Shown here piece by piece: positions 1-11,903 of a stretch of 37,485 nt of DNA (positions are counted from its first letter, which is position 1; every line of letters starts with the position of its first letter). The translations under genes and the position numbers were made by a program. This DNA comes from Octopus sinensis (Eukaryota), in NCBI RefSeq assembly GCF_006345805.1, contig NW_021831673.1, forward strand, positions 1-37,485, in the 5' to 3' direction. The notes below the pieces were generated by a model, which was given only the letters and a program-made list of their open reading frames with translations, searched no databases and had not been told where the DNA came from.

Positions 1-256
1 CGCTAAGTTATTCTTATCGATCTCCTTTGGTGGACCGCTAAGTTATTTTATCGATCTCCTTTGGCGAACCACTAATTTATTTTATCGATCTCCTTCGGCG
101 GACCGCTAAGTTATTTTATCGATATCGATTGACGAACCGCTATATTATTTTATCAATCACGTTTGACGAACCTTTAAGTTATTTTATCGATCTCCTGTGG
201 TGAACCGCTAAGTTATTGTATCGATCTCGATTGGCGGACTGCTAAGTTATTTTAAG
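1..256. repeat. 34-bp minisatellite, ~7.5 copies (runs off window start), derived from SINE family A
   Basis: Tandem units ~TTATTTTATCGATCTCCTTTGGCGAACCGCTAAG with no unique spacers; consensus matches SINE A segment 10625-10658 at 30/34 positions. Confidence 0.9.
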
Positions 257-278
257 ATGGGACACCTTTTGCCCGATT

Positions 279-549
279 TCAATCTAATTTGCAACACGGT
301 AAAGTGGAAGCGGATTTGTAATTTAAGCGCAGAGACCTAATTTTTTGTAAATGGGAGAGAGATAGAGAAGGATAGAGAGTAAGAGAAAGCGAGCGAGAGT
401 CCGAGAGCATGGAAGAGTAAGAGAGTGGAAAGAGAGAGAAAAGAGAGAGAAATAAAGGGATAGAATGTGGCGATAAGAAACAGAAAGGAAGCAACAGAAA
501 ATAACAATCACACCCTCACCCGCGCGTAGAGCGGGTCACCTTAAGCTAG
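279..549 (+). mobile_element. Helitron-like non-autonomous element, 3' part
   Basis: Ends with hairpin ACCCGC-gcgtaga-GCGGGT (518-536), 9 nt, then CTAG (546-549) followed by T, the canonical Helitron 3' end. Body similar to 1668-1730 and 2070-2291. Confidence 0.7.
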
Positions 550-555
550 TCAATA

Positions 556-2291
556 TCTATAAAGCTGAAATGCGAAAAGTTTGTCCCATTTTGTGATTGG
601 AACGGGTTAAGGGGCACTAGATGGGGTCGGATTGGCTCCAAAATTTACAGGGACATGTAAAAAGAGGTGAGGAAGTGAGTGGATTAGGTTAGAAACCTCT
701 ATCTCAAAAGCTGTGGTTACTAGGACAACAAAACCCACATTTTGACAAGCGTCTGTCGTTTCTCTCTTTCGCATATCAGCCTGTCTTACTCTGTCTCTCT
801 CTTTCCTTCCTTCCCTTCACTTTCTCTCTATAACGACGTTTGACAGCTTCACCGTCTCTCTGTCACTCTTTCTCCCACCACCTCTCTCACTGTACGTCTG
901 CTTGTATCTATAGAGAGAAAGCGTTGACAGCCGCAAAAGTTTAAATATTCCTGCCACAGGTCTTTTAGAATGGTGGATTATTGTCGCCCACCACCACCGC
1001 ACAATCATAAAAGATATTATTACTTAGATGTATGGGATTAATTTATATATATGTGTGCGTATATAAATATATATATAATGTGTATACATATATATATATG
1101 TGTGTATATATATATAAAGTGAATATATTTATATATATGTGTGTGTATATATATATATGTTTGTGTGTAGACATGTATATATAATGCGTATATATGTACA
1201 TATTTAATGTATATATTTATATAATGTGTTCATATGTTGTCGGATTGAGCTGAAAATATGCACACCTTTGTTAAATGTGCTAGCGAGTTTGCATGGCAAT
1301 TTTGAGTTTGCTCAATTGAAAGGCATGGCCTCTAGGGCAAAATTCCTCACCTTTTAAAATGTGGCCCACGTAGACCCGAATGAAATCGGGTTATAATACT
1401 GAAACAAGTAAAACAATCTTATCTATAAAATGAAGAAGGCGAACGTTGATACAAACTGAATTTTTATGTAAAAAAGGGGTCTAAATGGGGTTGGAAGGGG
1501 ATTAAATTTACAGGAGGGATTAAATTTACAGGATTAAATTTACTTGAGGTGAGAAATTGATTGGGAGACGTTTTGGGGCGCTGCAGTGGGTGCTTTGGTG
1601 TGAAAACGGGGATTTTATTGATATTTGGGTACACTTGGGGGTATAGATTGGACGCGTTTTGCCTAATTTCAATCAAATTTTCAACACAGTAAAGTGGAAG
1701 CCGATTTGTAATTTCAGCGCGGGAAACGGGTTCGAAATTTTGAAAATTAAGGCAAGATTTTTGAAGTTGAAAAACAAATTTATCATTTTTACATATTTTT
1801 GCCTTTTATTTTTTATTTTGCAATTTTCATTTTTTCTGAAAGAAATTTACAGCTGCATGTAGCCCGTGTTTAGAGCTATCATTTTCATGGTCAATCGTCG
1901 AAAAATTCCCCAAATAAGTACTAAATTTAACAAAGAAATCCCTTTCTTCCTTCTTTTTAATCGCTCAAATAGTGGCACGTACAAAGGGCAAGTGTGCTTT
2001 CTGTAGTCACTGCATGATATTTATGATTGATCTTTCAAAATATTTTCTTCCTCAACTTACTCAAGATCTTTTGTTTTTTTATAAATGGGAGAGAGACAGA
2101 TAGAGAAAGATAGAGAGTAAGAGAAAGCGAGGGAGAGTCCGAGAGAAAGAAAGAGTAAGAGGGTGGGAAAGGGAGAGAGAAAGTAGAGAGAAACAAAGAG
2201 GGAGAATGTGGCGATAAAAAAACAGAAAAGAAGCAACCGAAAGTAACAACCACACCCTCACCCACGCATAGAGCGGGTCACCTTAAGCTAG
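556..2291 (+). mobile_element. Helitron-like non-autonomous element(s), possibly two nested or tandem copies
   Basis: A^TC start at 556 (TCTATAAAGCTG), second A^TC-like start at 1422 (TCTATAAAATGAAG); 3' hairpin plus CTAG (2288-2291) then T; 3' ~220 bp similar to 330-549. Confidence 0.6.
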
Positions 2292-2316
2292 TATATATAT
2301 ATATATATATATATAT

Positions 2317-2726
2317 ACTCTTTTACTCTCTCTTTTACTTGTTTCAGTCATTTGACTGCGGCCATGCTGGAGCACCGCCTTTAGTCGAGCAAATCGACCC
2401 GGGATTTATTCTTTGTAAGCCAGTACTTATTATCGGTCTCTTTTGCCAAACCGCTAAGTTACGGGGACCGTAAAACACACCAGTATCGGTTGTCAAGCAA
2501 TGCTAGGGGACAAAACACAGACACACAACACACACACATAACACACATAAATATATATACACATATATACGACAGGCTTCTTCAGTTTCCGTCTACAAAT
2601 CCACTCACAAGGCTTTGGTCGGCCTGGGGGCTATAGCAGAAGACACTTGCCCAAGATGCCACGCAGTGGGACTGAACCCGGAACCATGTGGTTGGTTAGC
2701 AAGCTACTTACCACACAGCCACTCCT
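2317..2726 (-). mobile_element. SINE family A (tRNA head, CORE-like segment, internal microsatellite; OR2-like)
   Basis: Minus-strand head GTGGCTGTGTGGTAAG...GGTTCAGTCCC (A/B-box-like), internal (CA/TA)n, tail ...CTCCAGCATGGCCGCAGTCAAATGACTGAAACAAGTAAAAGA; more than 10 copies in window. The name OR2 is from memory. Confidence 0.85.
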
Positions 2727-2740
2727 ATATATATATATAC

Positions 2741-3172
2741 AGGCGCAGGCGTGGCTGTGTGGTAAAAAGCTTGCTTCCAACCGTGTGGTTCTGGCTTTAG
2801 TCCCACTGCGGGATACCTTAGGCAAGTGTCTTCTACGATAGTCTTTGGCCGACCAATGCCTTATGAGTGATTTTGGTAGACGGAAACCGAAAGAAGTCCG
2901 GCGTACGTATCTGTGTGCGTGTGTGTGTGTGTGTGTGCGTGTATTCATATATGTGTTTCTTTGCATCTGTGTTTGTCAACCTATCCACCATCGCTTGACA
3001 GCTGATGTTGGTGTATTTGCGTCTCCGTAACTTAGCGTTTCGGTCAAAGTGACCGATGGAACAAGTACCAGACTTACAGAGAATAAGTCCCGGGGTCGAT
3101 TTCTTCGAGTCAAACCCTTTAAGGTGATGCTCCAGCATCACCGCAGTCAAATGGTTGAACCAAGTAAAAGAA
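2741..3172 (+). mobile_element. SINE family A
   Basis: Same head, core and tail as 2317-2726; head-to-head with it across ~14 nt of (TA)n. Confidence 0.85.
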
Positions 3173-3188
3173 TATATATATATATTCT

Positions 3189-3413
3189 GCTAAGTTACGG
3201 GGACATAAACACACTAACATCGGTTGTCAAACGACGGCGTGGGAACAACCACAGACACACACATAAATACATACATACATACGTACATACATACATACAT
3301 ACATACATACATCTATACATACATACATGCATACATACATACATACATACATACATACACACATCTATACATACATACATCTATACATACATACATGCAT
3401 ACATACATACACA

Positions 3414-3474
<61 letters not shown>

Positions 3475-3652
3475 GAGACAAACACGGACACAGACACAGA
3501 CACATATATATATGACGGGCTTCTTCAGTTTCCGTCTACCAATACCGCTCACAAGGCTTTGGTCGGCCCGAGGCTGTAGTAGAAGATACTCGCGCAAGGT
3601 ACCACGCAGTGGGACTGAACCTTGAACAATGTACTTGGGAAGCAAGCTTCAT
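3189..3652 (-). mobile_element. SINE family A, partial, head split by SINE B trimer (remainder at 4294-4306)
   Basis: Core with expanded (TACA)n; head sequence GCTGTGTGGTAAG|AAGCTTGCTTCCC is divided between 4294-4306 and ~3636-3652. Confidence 0.8.
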
Positions 3653-4293
3653 ATTTCTTTATTGCCCAAAAGGGGCTAAACACAGAGGGGACAAACCAGG
3701 ATAAACAGGGGGATTAAGTCGATTACATCGACCCCAGTGCGTAACTAGTACTTAATTTATCGACCCCCAAAGGATGAAAAGCAAAGTCGACCTCGGCGGA
3801 ATTTGAACTCAGAACGTAACAGCAGACGAAATACCGCTAAGCATTTCGTCCAGGGTGCTAGCGATTCTGCCAGCTCGCCGCCTTCTTATTTCTTTATTGC
3901 CCACAAGGAGCTAAACATAGAGAGGACAAACAAGGACAGACAAAGGATTAAGTCGATTACATCCTCTCCCCCAGTACGTAACTGGTACCTAATTTATCGA
4001 CGCCGAAAGAATGAAAGGCAAAGTCGACCTCGGTGGAATTTGAACTCAGAACGTAGCGGCAGACGAACTACCTAGTTCTTTACTACCCACAAGGGGCTAA
4101 ACACAGAGAGGACAAACAAGGACAGACAAACGGATTAAGTCGATTATATCAACTCCAGTGCGTAACTGGTACTTAATTTATCAACTCCGAAAGGATGAAA
4201 AGCAAAGTCGACCTCGGCAGAATTTGAACAGCAGACGAAATACTGCTAAGCATTTCGCCCGGCGTGCTAACGTTTCTGCCAGCTCGCCGCCTT
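3653..4293 (-). mobile_element. Three head-to-tail copies of SINE family B (tRNA head, Nin-like central domain; OK-like)
   Basis: Copies at ~3653-3884, 3885-4071 (5'-truncated) and 4072-4293. Head GGCGGCGAGCTGGCAGAA...GAGTTCAAATTCC, central CTTTCATCCTTTCGGGGTCGATAAA-type motif, tail GCCCCTTGTGGGCAATAAAGAAAT. Confidence 0.85.
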
Positions 4294-5009
4294 CTTACCA
4301 CACAGCAATACACACACACCACACACACCACACACACACACACACACACTACACACACACACAGCACACACACACATAGACATCCACACACTAACTTGAA
4401 TATAACCTCGGTAGAAGGATATAAAAACTTCATTTTACAAAGACCCAAGTAGTTGTGTTGTTTAACGCGTTTTCATTCTGAGAATCGAAAGGCCACTTCG
4501 CTGAAACCATCTGCCTTGCTCGTGTGCAGTACTTGCGTGCCAAATCTTATTTTTTAAAAACCATACTATCCTCAAAGCGACCAGAAAGTCCTTTGTCTAT
4601 TTGGCTGCTATATAAAAAATTATACAAGTAAATCACTCTGATAGCACACCTTAATATCCCTTAAAGGAAAAGCTCACATTACAGGATTTAATTTTAGATG
4701 CAAGATAAATTCGTTAAGCAGAATAATTATCGGTTTCTCTGGGATGGGACATCATTGACCAACAAAAGTCTTCTTAAGATTACCGTACAACTAAGCAGTT
4801 TTTACTCGCTTCAAATACCAGTGATGTTTTGTGAAGTAAGACGATACTGATTTTCCTTTAACAAAATACAAAAGAAAGGAAGTGGACCCACGTTCGATCA
4901 TCGCCAACTCTGATTTCGTTTTGTCACCTTCAGAAATATTTCAAGAATTTTTAAATCGTTTGCTTAGAATATGAATATAAAAGATGTGTACATATATGGG
5001 TTTAGATAA

Positions 5010-5109
5010 TCACATGTGTGTGTGTATGCTTGTCTATTGACGTATGTGATGCGTGTGTGTGTGTGTCTATGTATGTGCATGTGTCTGTGTTTGTGCATGT
5101 GGTGCATGT

Positions 5110-5143
<34 letters not shown>

Positions 5144-5365
5144 TGCGTTCGTGTGTTTGGCTTTTGATGTATGTGATGCGTGTATGTGTCTATGTATGTG
5201 TATGTACCTGTCTGTGTTTGTGTGTGTGTGTGTGTGCGTGTGCATGTGTGACAGGACACAACGTAAGCTCTGTGTGTGTGTAAATGTGTGTGTGTGTGCA
5301 TGGCAACGCGTGAGATAGAAAGAAATATGTAATGAGAGGACATGCGAGTGTGTGCGTCTGAATGA

Positions 5366-5402
<37 letters not shown>

Positions 5403-5981
5403 AGAGAGACCGGTTATAAAGTGTGTGAGCTAGCAGCGCCAATTGTATTCAGGGTGTGCATGTGTGCATGAAGGCAGCCACGCCGACGGTGGCAGCCACG
5501 CTGACATTGTGGTTGTTGTAACAATATTTGAGGCGGTTGCTGCGGTAGTGGTATGTATGTATGTATGTATGTATGTATATGTATGTATGTATGTATGTGT
5601 GTATGTATGTATGTATGTGTGTATGTATGTATGTATGTATGTATGTATGTATGTATGTGTGTATGTATGTATGTATGTATGTATGTATGTATGTATGTGT
5701 GTGTGTATGTATGTATGTATGTGTTTATGCATGTATGTATGTATGTATGTGTGTATGGATGTATGTAGGTGTGTATGTATGTGTGTATGTATGTATGTAT
5801 GTAGGTATGCATGTATGTATGTATGTATGTATGTATGTATGTATGTATGTGTGTGTGTGTACGTATGTACGTGTGTATGTATGTAAGTAAACAAGCGTAT
5901 ACGAGTGCGCGTGAATGCGTGGCTACACATATTTGTACGTCTGTATGGTTGCATTCGTGTATGTAGGTGAATGTGTGTTCA

Positions 5982-6042
<61 letters not shown>

Positions 6043-6587
6043 ATGTCAGTAGGAAAAACAAGGTGCGACCTCTGAGCGACTCGTTTATTTTCTCATTCAG
6101 TGTGAATTGTGTAGGAATAAACAATACATACAAAGATAGGTGCGCACAGGCGTGTTTGTGTCTATGTGTGTACGTGCGTATATATGTATGTATGTATATA
6201 AGTATGTATGTATGTATGTATGTATGTATGTATATATGTATGTATGCATGCATGCATGCATGTATGTATGTGTATGTATGTATGTATGTATTCATATATC
6301 TATGCATGTATGCATGTATGTATGTATTTATGTATATATGTATGCATGCATGTATATATGCATGTATGTACCTAGCTGTCTATACATTCCTCTATGTATG
6401 TATATATGTATGCATGCATGTATGTATGTATGTATGTATGTATGTATGTATGTATGTGTGTATGTATGTGTTGTATGCATGCATGCATGTATGTATGTAT
6501 GTTTGTATGTATGTATGTATGTATGTATAGAGTAACCTATGAGATTCACACCAAAAAGGTTTTTATCACAACTGAACATAAAAGCAG

Positions 6588-6625
<38 letters not shown>
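5010..6625. repeat. Compound microsatellite field (TG)n/(TATG)n/(CA)n
   Basis: Long runs, e.g. (TATG)n ~5551-5885 and ~6180-6530, (TG)n ~5984-6037; explains the YIHT/VCMY ORFs. Confidence 0.95.
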
Positions 6626-6710
6626 ACACATACTTGTATATAACACATTAAAAGTACGAACGTTCATCCCTAAAAGTTTCTTTGTTATAGTATAAAGCAT
6701 CGGAAGGTGG

Positions 6711-6928
6711 GGCACGGGCGGAATCGTTGGCACACGGGGCGAATTGTTCAGCGGCGTTTCGTTCTGAACTCAAATCCCACCTTGGTCGACTTTGCCTTTC
6801 ATCTTTTCGGGGGTTGATTAAACAATTACCAGTTACACACTGGGGGTCGATGTAATCGACTGAATCCCTTTGTCTGTCCTTGTTTGTCCCCTCTATGTTT
6901 AGCCCCTTGTGGGCAATAAAGAAATAAG
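6711..6928 (+). mobile_element. SINE family B
   Basis: Diverged head, GTCGACTTTGCCTTTCATC central motif, tail AGCCCCTTGTGGGCAATAAAGAAATAAG matching the 3653-4293 copies. Confidence 0.85.
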
Positions 6929-7080
6929 TATCATGTACAACTTTAAAGCTCTGTTCGACAAGTGTTTCTGCTGCATAGATATCCTTAAATGTGTAGCATC
7001 TGGTTGTAACCTGCGAGTGGATTTGTTAGACGGAAACTGAAAGAAGCCCATCCTATATATATATATATAGATATCTATAT

Positions 7081-7122
<42 letters not shown>

Positions 7123-7128
7123 ACATAT

Positions 7129-7130
<2 letters not shown>

Positions 7131-7201
<71 letters not shown>

Positions 7202-7214
7202 TAACGATAATATA

Positions 7215-7265
<51 letters not shown>
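7131..7265. repeat. (AAT)n microsatellite
   Basis: Direct reading. Confidence 0.95.
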
Positions 7266-7350
7266 GGGATATAATTCCAAACTTACGGAAAATTCAATTT
7301 AGCAATTATAAATCAAATTCCACAATATATATATAGAGAAAAACCTCTCT

Positions 7351-7455
7351 TTAAACGGTTCAATAGTGAAAGACGGTATTCACACCATATAGAAAACGTA
7401 TACTATAAAAACCTTATGTGGTGTGAATAGCGTCTTTCACTATTGAACCGTTTAA
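7351..7455. repeat. Fold-back element, 37-bp arms, 31-nt spacer
   Basis: 7351-7387 is the reverse complement of 7419-7455 with 1 mismatch. Confidence 0.9.
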
Positions 7456-7492
7456 TTGTTTAATAATTGTATTTTCTTCTCTAAATTATATA

Positions 7493-7596
7493 TTTTGCCA
7501 GCTGAGTGGACTGGAACAACGTGAAATGAAGTGTATTGCTCAAGAACACAACGCGTCGCCCGGTCCAGGAATCGAAACCACAATCTACGATCATGA
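7493..7596 (-). mobile_element. Fragment of another tRNA-derived SINE (family D)
   Basis: Minus-strand B-box GGTTTCGATTCC followed by TTGTGTTCTTGAGCAATACACTTCATTTCAC; degenerate second copy near 31150-31250. Confidence 0.55.
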
Positions 7597-7622
7597 TCTA
7601 TCATATATGTATGTAGTATATG

Positions 7623-7665
<43 letters not shown>

Positions 7666-7672
7666 ATATATA

Positions 7673-7814
<142 letters not shown>

Positions 7815-7892
7815 TATGATATATCGATATTTAAGTATCAATATTATCAAGTGGCCAGCATGGAAAAAATACCGTACAAAGGTAATAATTTT

Positions 7893-8336
7893 TAACAATT
7901 AAAAATGAGGGTGTCTGAGAGACACCAACATGCCGAAATAGCAGTTGAAATTCTGACTATAAAAACCACGTTAAGTGTTCATATCGTACCATGAGACAAG
8001 ACAGAGGGACAAAATATACAAGGAAAAGTTATTGAATAATTCAAGATCCAGGATTTCTGGTTTTGCTTTAAATAAGCTTTACCGTCATCAATTGAATATA
8101 TCAAGGGTACATAAATACAGAACAAACGATATACTTACATATACGAACGTCCATACATACATACATATGTACGTATGCACACGGCCAGTTAAATTGCCCG
8201 CCAAAACACCCCATAAGCACGATATGGTTAAAATGTCTCATGGTACGATATGAACACTTAACGTGGTTTTTATAGTCAGAATTTCGACTGCTATTTCGGC
8301 ATGTTGGTGTCTCTCAGACACCCTCATTTTTAATTG

Positions 8337-8339
<3 letters not shown>
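7893..8339. repeat. Fold-back element, 106-bp arms, abutting (TA)n
   Basis: 7893-7998 versus 8234-8339 are reverse complements with 1 mismatch. Confidence 0.92.
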
Positions 8340-8381
<42 letters not shown>

Positions 8382-8693
8382 TATATCTATGTGTGTGTGA
8401 GGGAGGGACAGGCACACAGAAACAGACAGACAGATAGATAGGTAGACTATTGGCACCATAGTAGCGAGCGTGACATTTACTATGTAACAGCGTACCATTA
8501 AAAGAATGTACGCGCAAATGTTTTACCGGCAGCTTAGCAATGGGTGAAGACCTAGAAAATATAATATCGAAGGAAAATCGGACAACGGATTATATTTAAT
8601 AATACTGGTTTGGAATTTGGATATTTATGGATTTACATGAAGTTCTGTGCTTTAGCTAACCGTTACATTATTTCATTCGAAATAGCAATTCTT

Positions 8694-8733
<40 letters not shown>

Positions 8734-8898
8734 GCGCGCGCACACACACACGCAGAGTCGCATTTCTTTGTACGTATTTATGTATCCTTGAAGATGATCA
8801 AACCAAATTTCCATCATTTGGAGCCATTCACCCAATGAGTATTTCTACCAAATTTGGCGAAAATCTGTTCAGCCGATTTCCAGTTATTTTGCAAACAC

Positions 8899-9309
8899 GA
8901 GTGGCTGTGTGGTAAGTAGCTTGCTAACCAACCACATGGTTCCGGGTTCAGACCCACTGCGTGGCATCTTGGGCAAGTGTCTTCTGCTTTAGCCCCGGGC
9001 CGACCAATGCCTTGTGAGTGGATTTGGTAGACGGAAACTGAAAGAAGCCTGTCGTATATATGTATATACATATAAGTGTGTGTGTATATGTTTGTGTGTC
9101 TGTGTTTGTCCCCCTAGCATTGCTTGACAACCGATGCTGGTGTGTTTACGTCCCCGTCACTTAGCGGTTCGGCAAAAGAGACCGATAGAATAAGTACTGG
9201 GTTTACAAAAGAATAAGTCCTGGGGTCGAGTTGCTCGACTAAAGGCGGTGCTCCAGCATGGCCGCAGTCAAATGACTGAAACAAGTAAAAGAGTAAAAGA
9301 GCAAAGAGT
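8899..9309 (+). mobile_element. SINE family A, young full-length copy
   Basis: Nearly identical to 10514-10914 (inverted) and 27799-28211 outside the internal microsatellite; tail (GTAAAAGA)n. Confidence 0.9.
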
Positions 9310-9523
9310 AATACACAGACTAAGACGAGTGATTACAATACCCTACTTTCGCTTTCGCGCGCAGGGTAATTAAAGTCGTTCGGTGGTCGGTTACTGTGGA
9401 ATGTTTACGGGATTCAACCCCTTTTTCAGGCTGTCTGACTGCTCTGATGAAGGAGCTGTGCGCCGTAGAAACCCCAGAACGTCAATGCACTGAATTATTC
9501 ATAAATAAACAACTGCAATCTAC

Positions 9524-9555
<32 letters not shown>

Positions 9556-10009
9556 GTGTGTGTATGTGTGTACATGTTGGTAAGTATGTATGTGTGAGTG
9601 TGTACGTGTGTATGCGTGTGTGTGTACGTGTGTGCGTGGATGTGTGTACGTGTGCGTTTGTGTGCATGTGTGTATACGTGTGTGTGCGCGTGTGATTGTA
9701 CGTGTGTGTGTGTGGTCGTGTGTCTGTGTACGTGTGTACGTACGTGTGTTTGCGTGTGTACGCGCGTGTATGTGCATGTGTGTGCACATGTGCGTGTGTA
9801 TATACCTCTTTGTATATGTGAGCGTATCCTCTTGTATATGCATGCAAAGGTGACCTCTTTGTTTTTTTTTTTTTTGAAGTCGCACCCTTTACGTGTAAAG
9901 GTAACTTTATCCATTTGCTAAGTAGCAATAAAACAAAACAAGTGCTGGGCTCAATAAGATGGACTAAAAACCTGACAGGACACATTCAGTGACTGACGCC
10001 GATACAAGA

Positions 10010-10380
10010 ATGTCCTTTGTGTAACGTTAGTCGATCGGATGTGTAGCTCGGATATCGTGGAGACACTCCAGGTCGAGTCATTGCTTCTCGTCATTGAATA
10101 ATCACAGCTCCAGTACTCTAGGCATTTGATTAGAATGTCACAGGAAAGGGTCGCAAGATGGAATTTTTCAAGCCAAACCAACTGGCAAGAGACCTTGTGG
10201 TAAATCACGAGAATGTTGGTTGGCTAATATCCATAATTTCAGTTTGTTGGTCACGTTTGGACATCCGGCAAGAATGTTGGATGACAGTTGCTTCTGATAG
10301 GACCTTAAGGAGGAGGAAGTTCCTAAGGACTCTACTCTACAACGGCCATTGAGTGAGATCTGCTGGACAAGCGTTACAGC
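10010..10380 (+). mobile_element. RTE-clade LINE, decayed 3' fragment
   Basis: Manual translation across frameshifts: ...VESLLLVIE*SQLQYSRHLIRMSQER... then GKRPCGKSRECWLANI, resembling the RTE ORF C-terminus (SQLRWFGHV.RM..ER / GKRPRGRPR.RW). Confidence 0.6.
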
Positions 10381-10513
10381 CGTAAACATCCACTTCTCAT
10401 TCAAACAGTTTATTGCAAACTACACGTCCATGTTTGATTCTGAAGTTCGATCAATTCTAACATTTTCATTTGTAAAAACTTTAAATATACAGAGACGATG
10501 TTCAAGTTTTCAA

Positions 10514-10914
10514 TACTCTCTTTTACTCTTTTACTTGTTTCAGTCATTTGACTGCGGCCATGCTGGAGCACCGCCTTTAGTCGAGCAAATCGACCCCGGG
10601 ACTTATTCTTTGTAAGCCCAGTACTTATTCTATCGGTCTCTTTTGCCGAACCGCTAAGTGACGGGGACGTAAACACACCAGCATTGGTTGTCAAGCAATG
10701 CTAGGGGGACAAACACAAACATACACACACGCACACATACACACACATATATATACATACAACAGGCTTCTTTCAGTTTCCGTTTACCAAATCCACTCAC
10801 AAGGCATTGGTCGGCCCGGGGCTATAGCAGAAGACACTTGCCCGAGATGCCACGCAGTGGGACTGAACCCGGAACCATGTGGTTGGTTAGCAAGCTACTT
10901 ACCACACAGCCACT
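10514..10914 (-). mobile_element. SINE family A, young full-length copy
   Basis: Near-identical reverse complement of 8899-9309. Confidence 0.9.
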
Positions 10915-11084
10915 CTGCGCCTATAGTTACAATACTAACAATAGTTTTTTTTTGTCAATTTATACCTGGCCCCAGCATATTTTGATATCTTGATTTTAGT
11001 TAAACAATTTCATTTTTTAAAAATTGTTTCTGAAATCTAGATAGAGAATTTGAAGAAGCTTCATTCAAATGGCACAACTTCTTT

Positions 11085-11238
11085 CTGGTAAGAATTTTAC
11101 TTCTCAACCACAGGTTGCATGCTTCTGTGTTCAGTCCCTCGGTGTGGCACCTCGGGTAACTGCCTTCTACTATAATTCCGGGTCGACCAAAGCCTTGTGA
11201 GTGGATTTGTATGACGGAAGCTGAAAGAAACCGTCATG

Positions 11239-11270
<32 letters not shown>

Positions 11271-11595
11271 TGTATGTATGTATGTATGTATGTATGTATG
11301 ATGTATGTATGTATATATGTATGTGGGTGTATATGTGTGTGCGTATGTGTATGCGCGTGCGTGCATGTGTGCTATTGTGTCTGTGTCTGGCCGGCACCAT
11401 CGCTTGACAACCGACGTTGGTGTGTTTACGTCCCCGTACCTTAGCGGTTCGCCAAAATACATCGATAGAATAAGTACCCCGATAGAATAAGCTAAAAAAG
11501 ATAGACCTAGAGGTCGATTCATTCGACTAAAAATTCTTCAAGTCGATGCTCCAGCATGGCCGCAGTCTTTTGACAGAAACAAATAAAAAATAAAA
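11085..11595 (+). mobile_element. SINE family A, diverged
   Basis: Core and tail motifs present; internal (TATG)n expansion; local duplication GATAGAATAAG at ~11464-11491. Confidence 0.75.
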
Positions 11596-11630
11596 TATAA
11601 GATACTAAATCTTTTTTTTTCTCAATATGC

Positions 11631-11864
11631 TTTTACTTTTTACTTTTACTTTTTACTTGTTTCAGTCATATGACTGGCCATGCTGGAGCACCGCCTTTAG
11701 TCGAGCAAATCGACCCTAGGACTTATTCTTTGTAAGCCTAGTACTTATTCTATCGGACTCTTTTGCCGAACCGCTAGGTTACGGGGACGTAAACACACCA
11801 GCATCGGTTGTCAAAGGATGTTGGGGGGACAAACACAGACACACAGACATATACACACATACAT

Positions 11865-11903
<39 letters not shown>

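Noticed and set aside
1-256. CRISPR array
   Set aside because: Units are contiguous with no unique spacers, match a SINE segment, and the context is eukaryotic with no cas genes.
3000-7300. Long ORFs such as (YIHT)n, (VCMY)n, (HT)n, polyY and polyI; similar ORFs throughout the window
   Set aside because: Translations of stop-free microsatellites, open on both strands, with no protein motifs.
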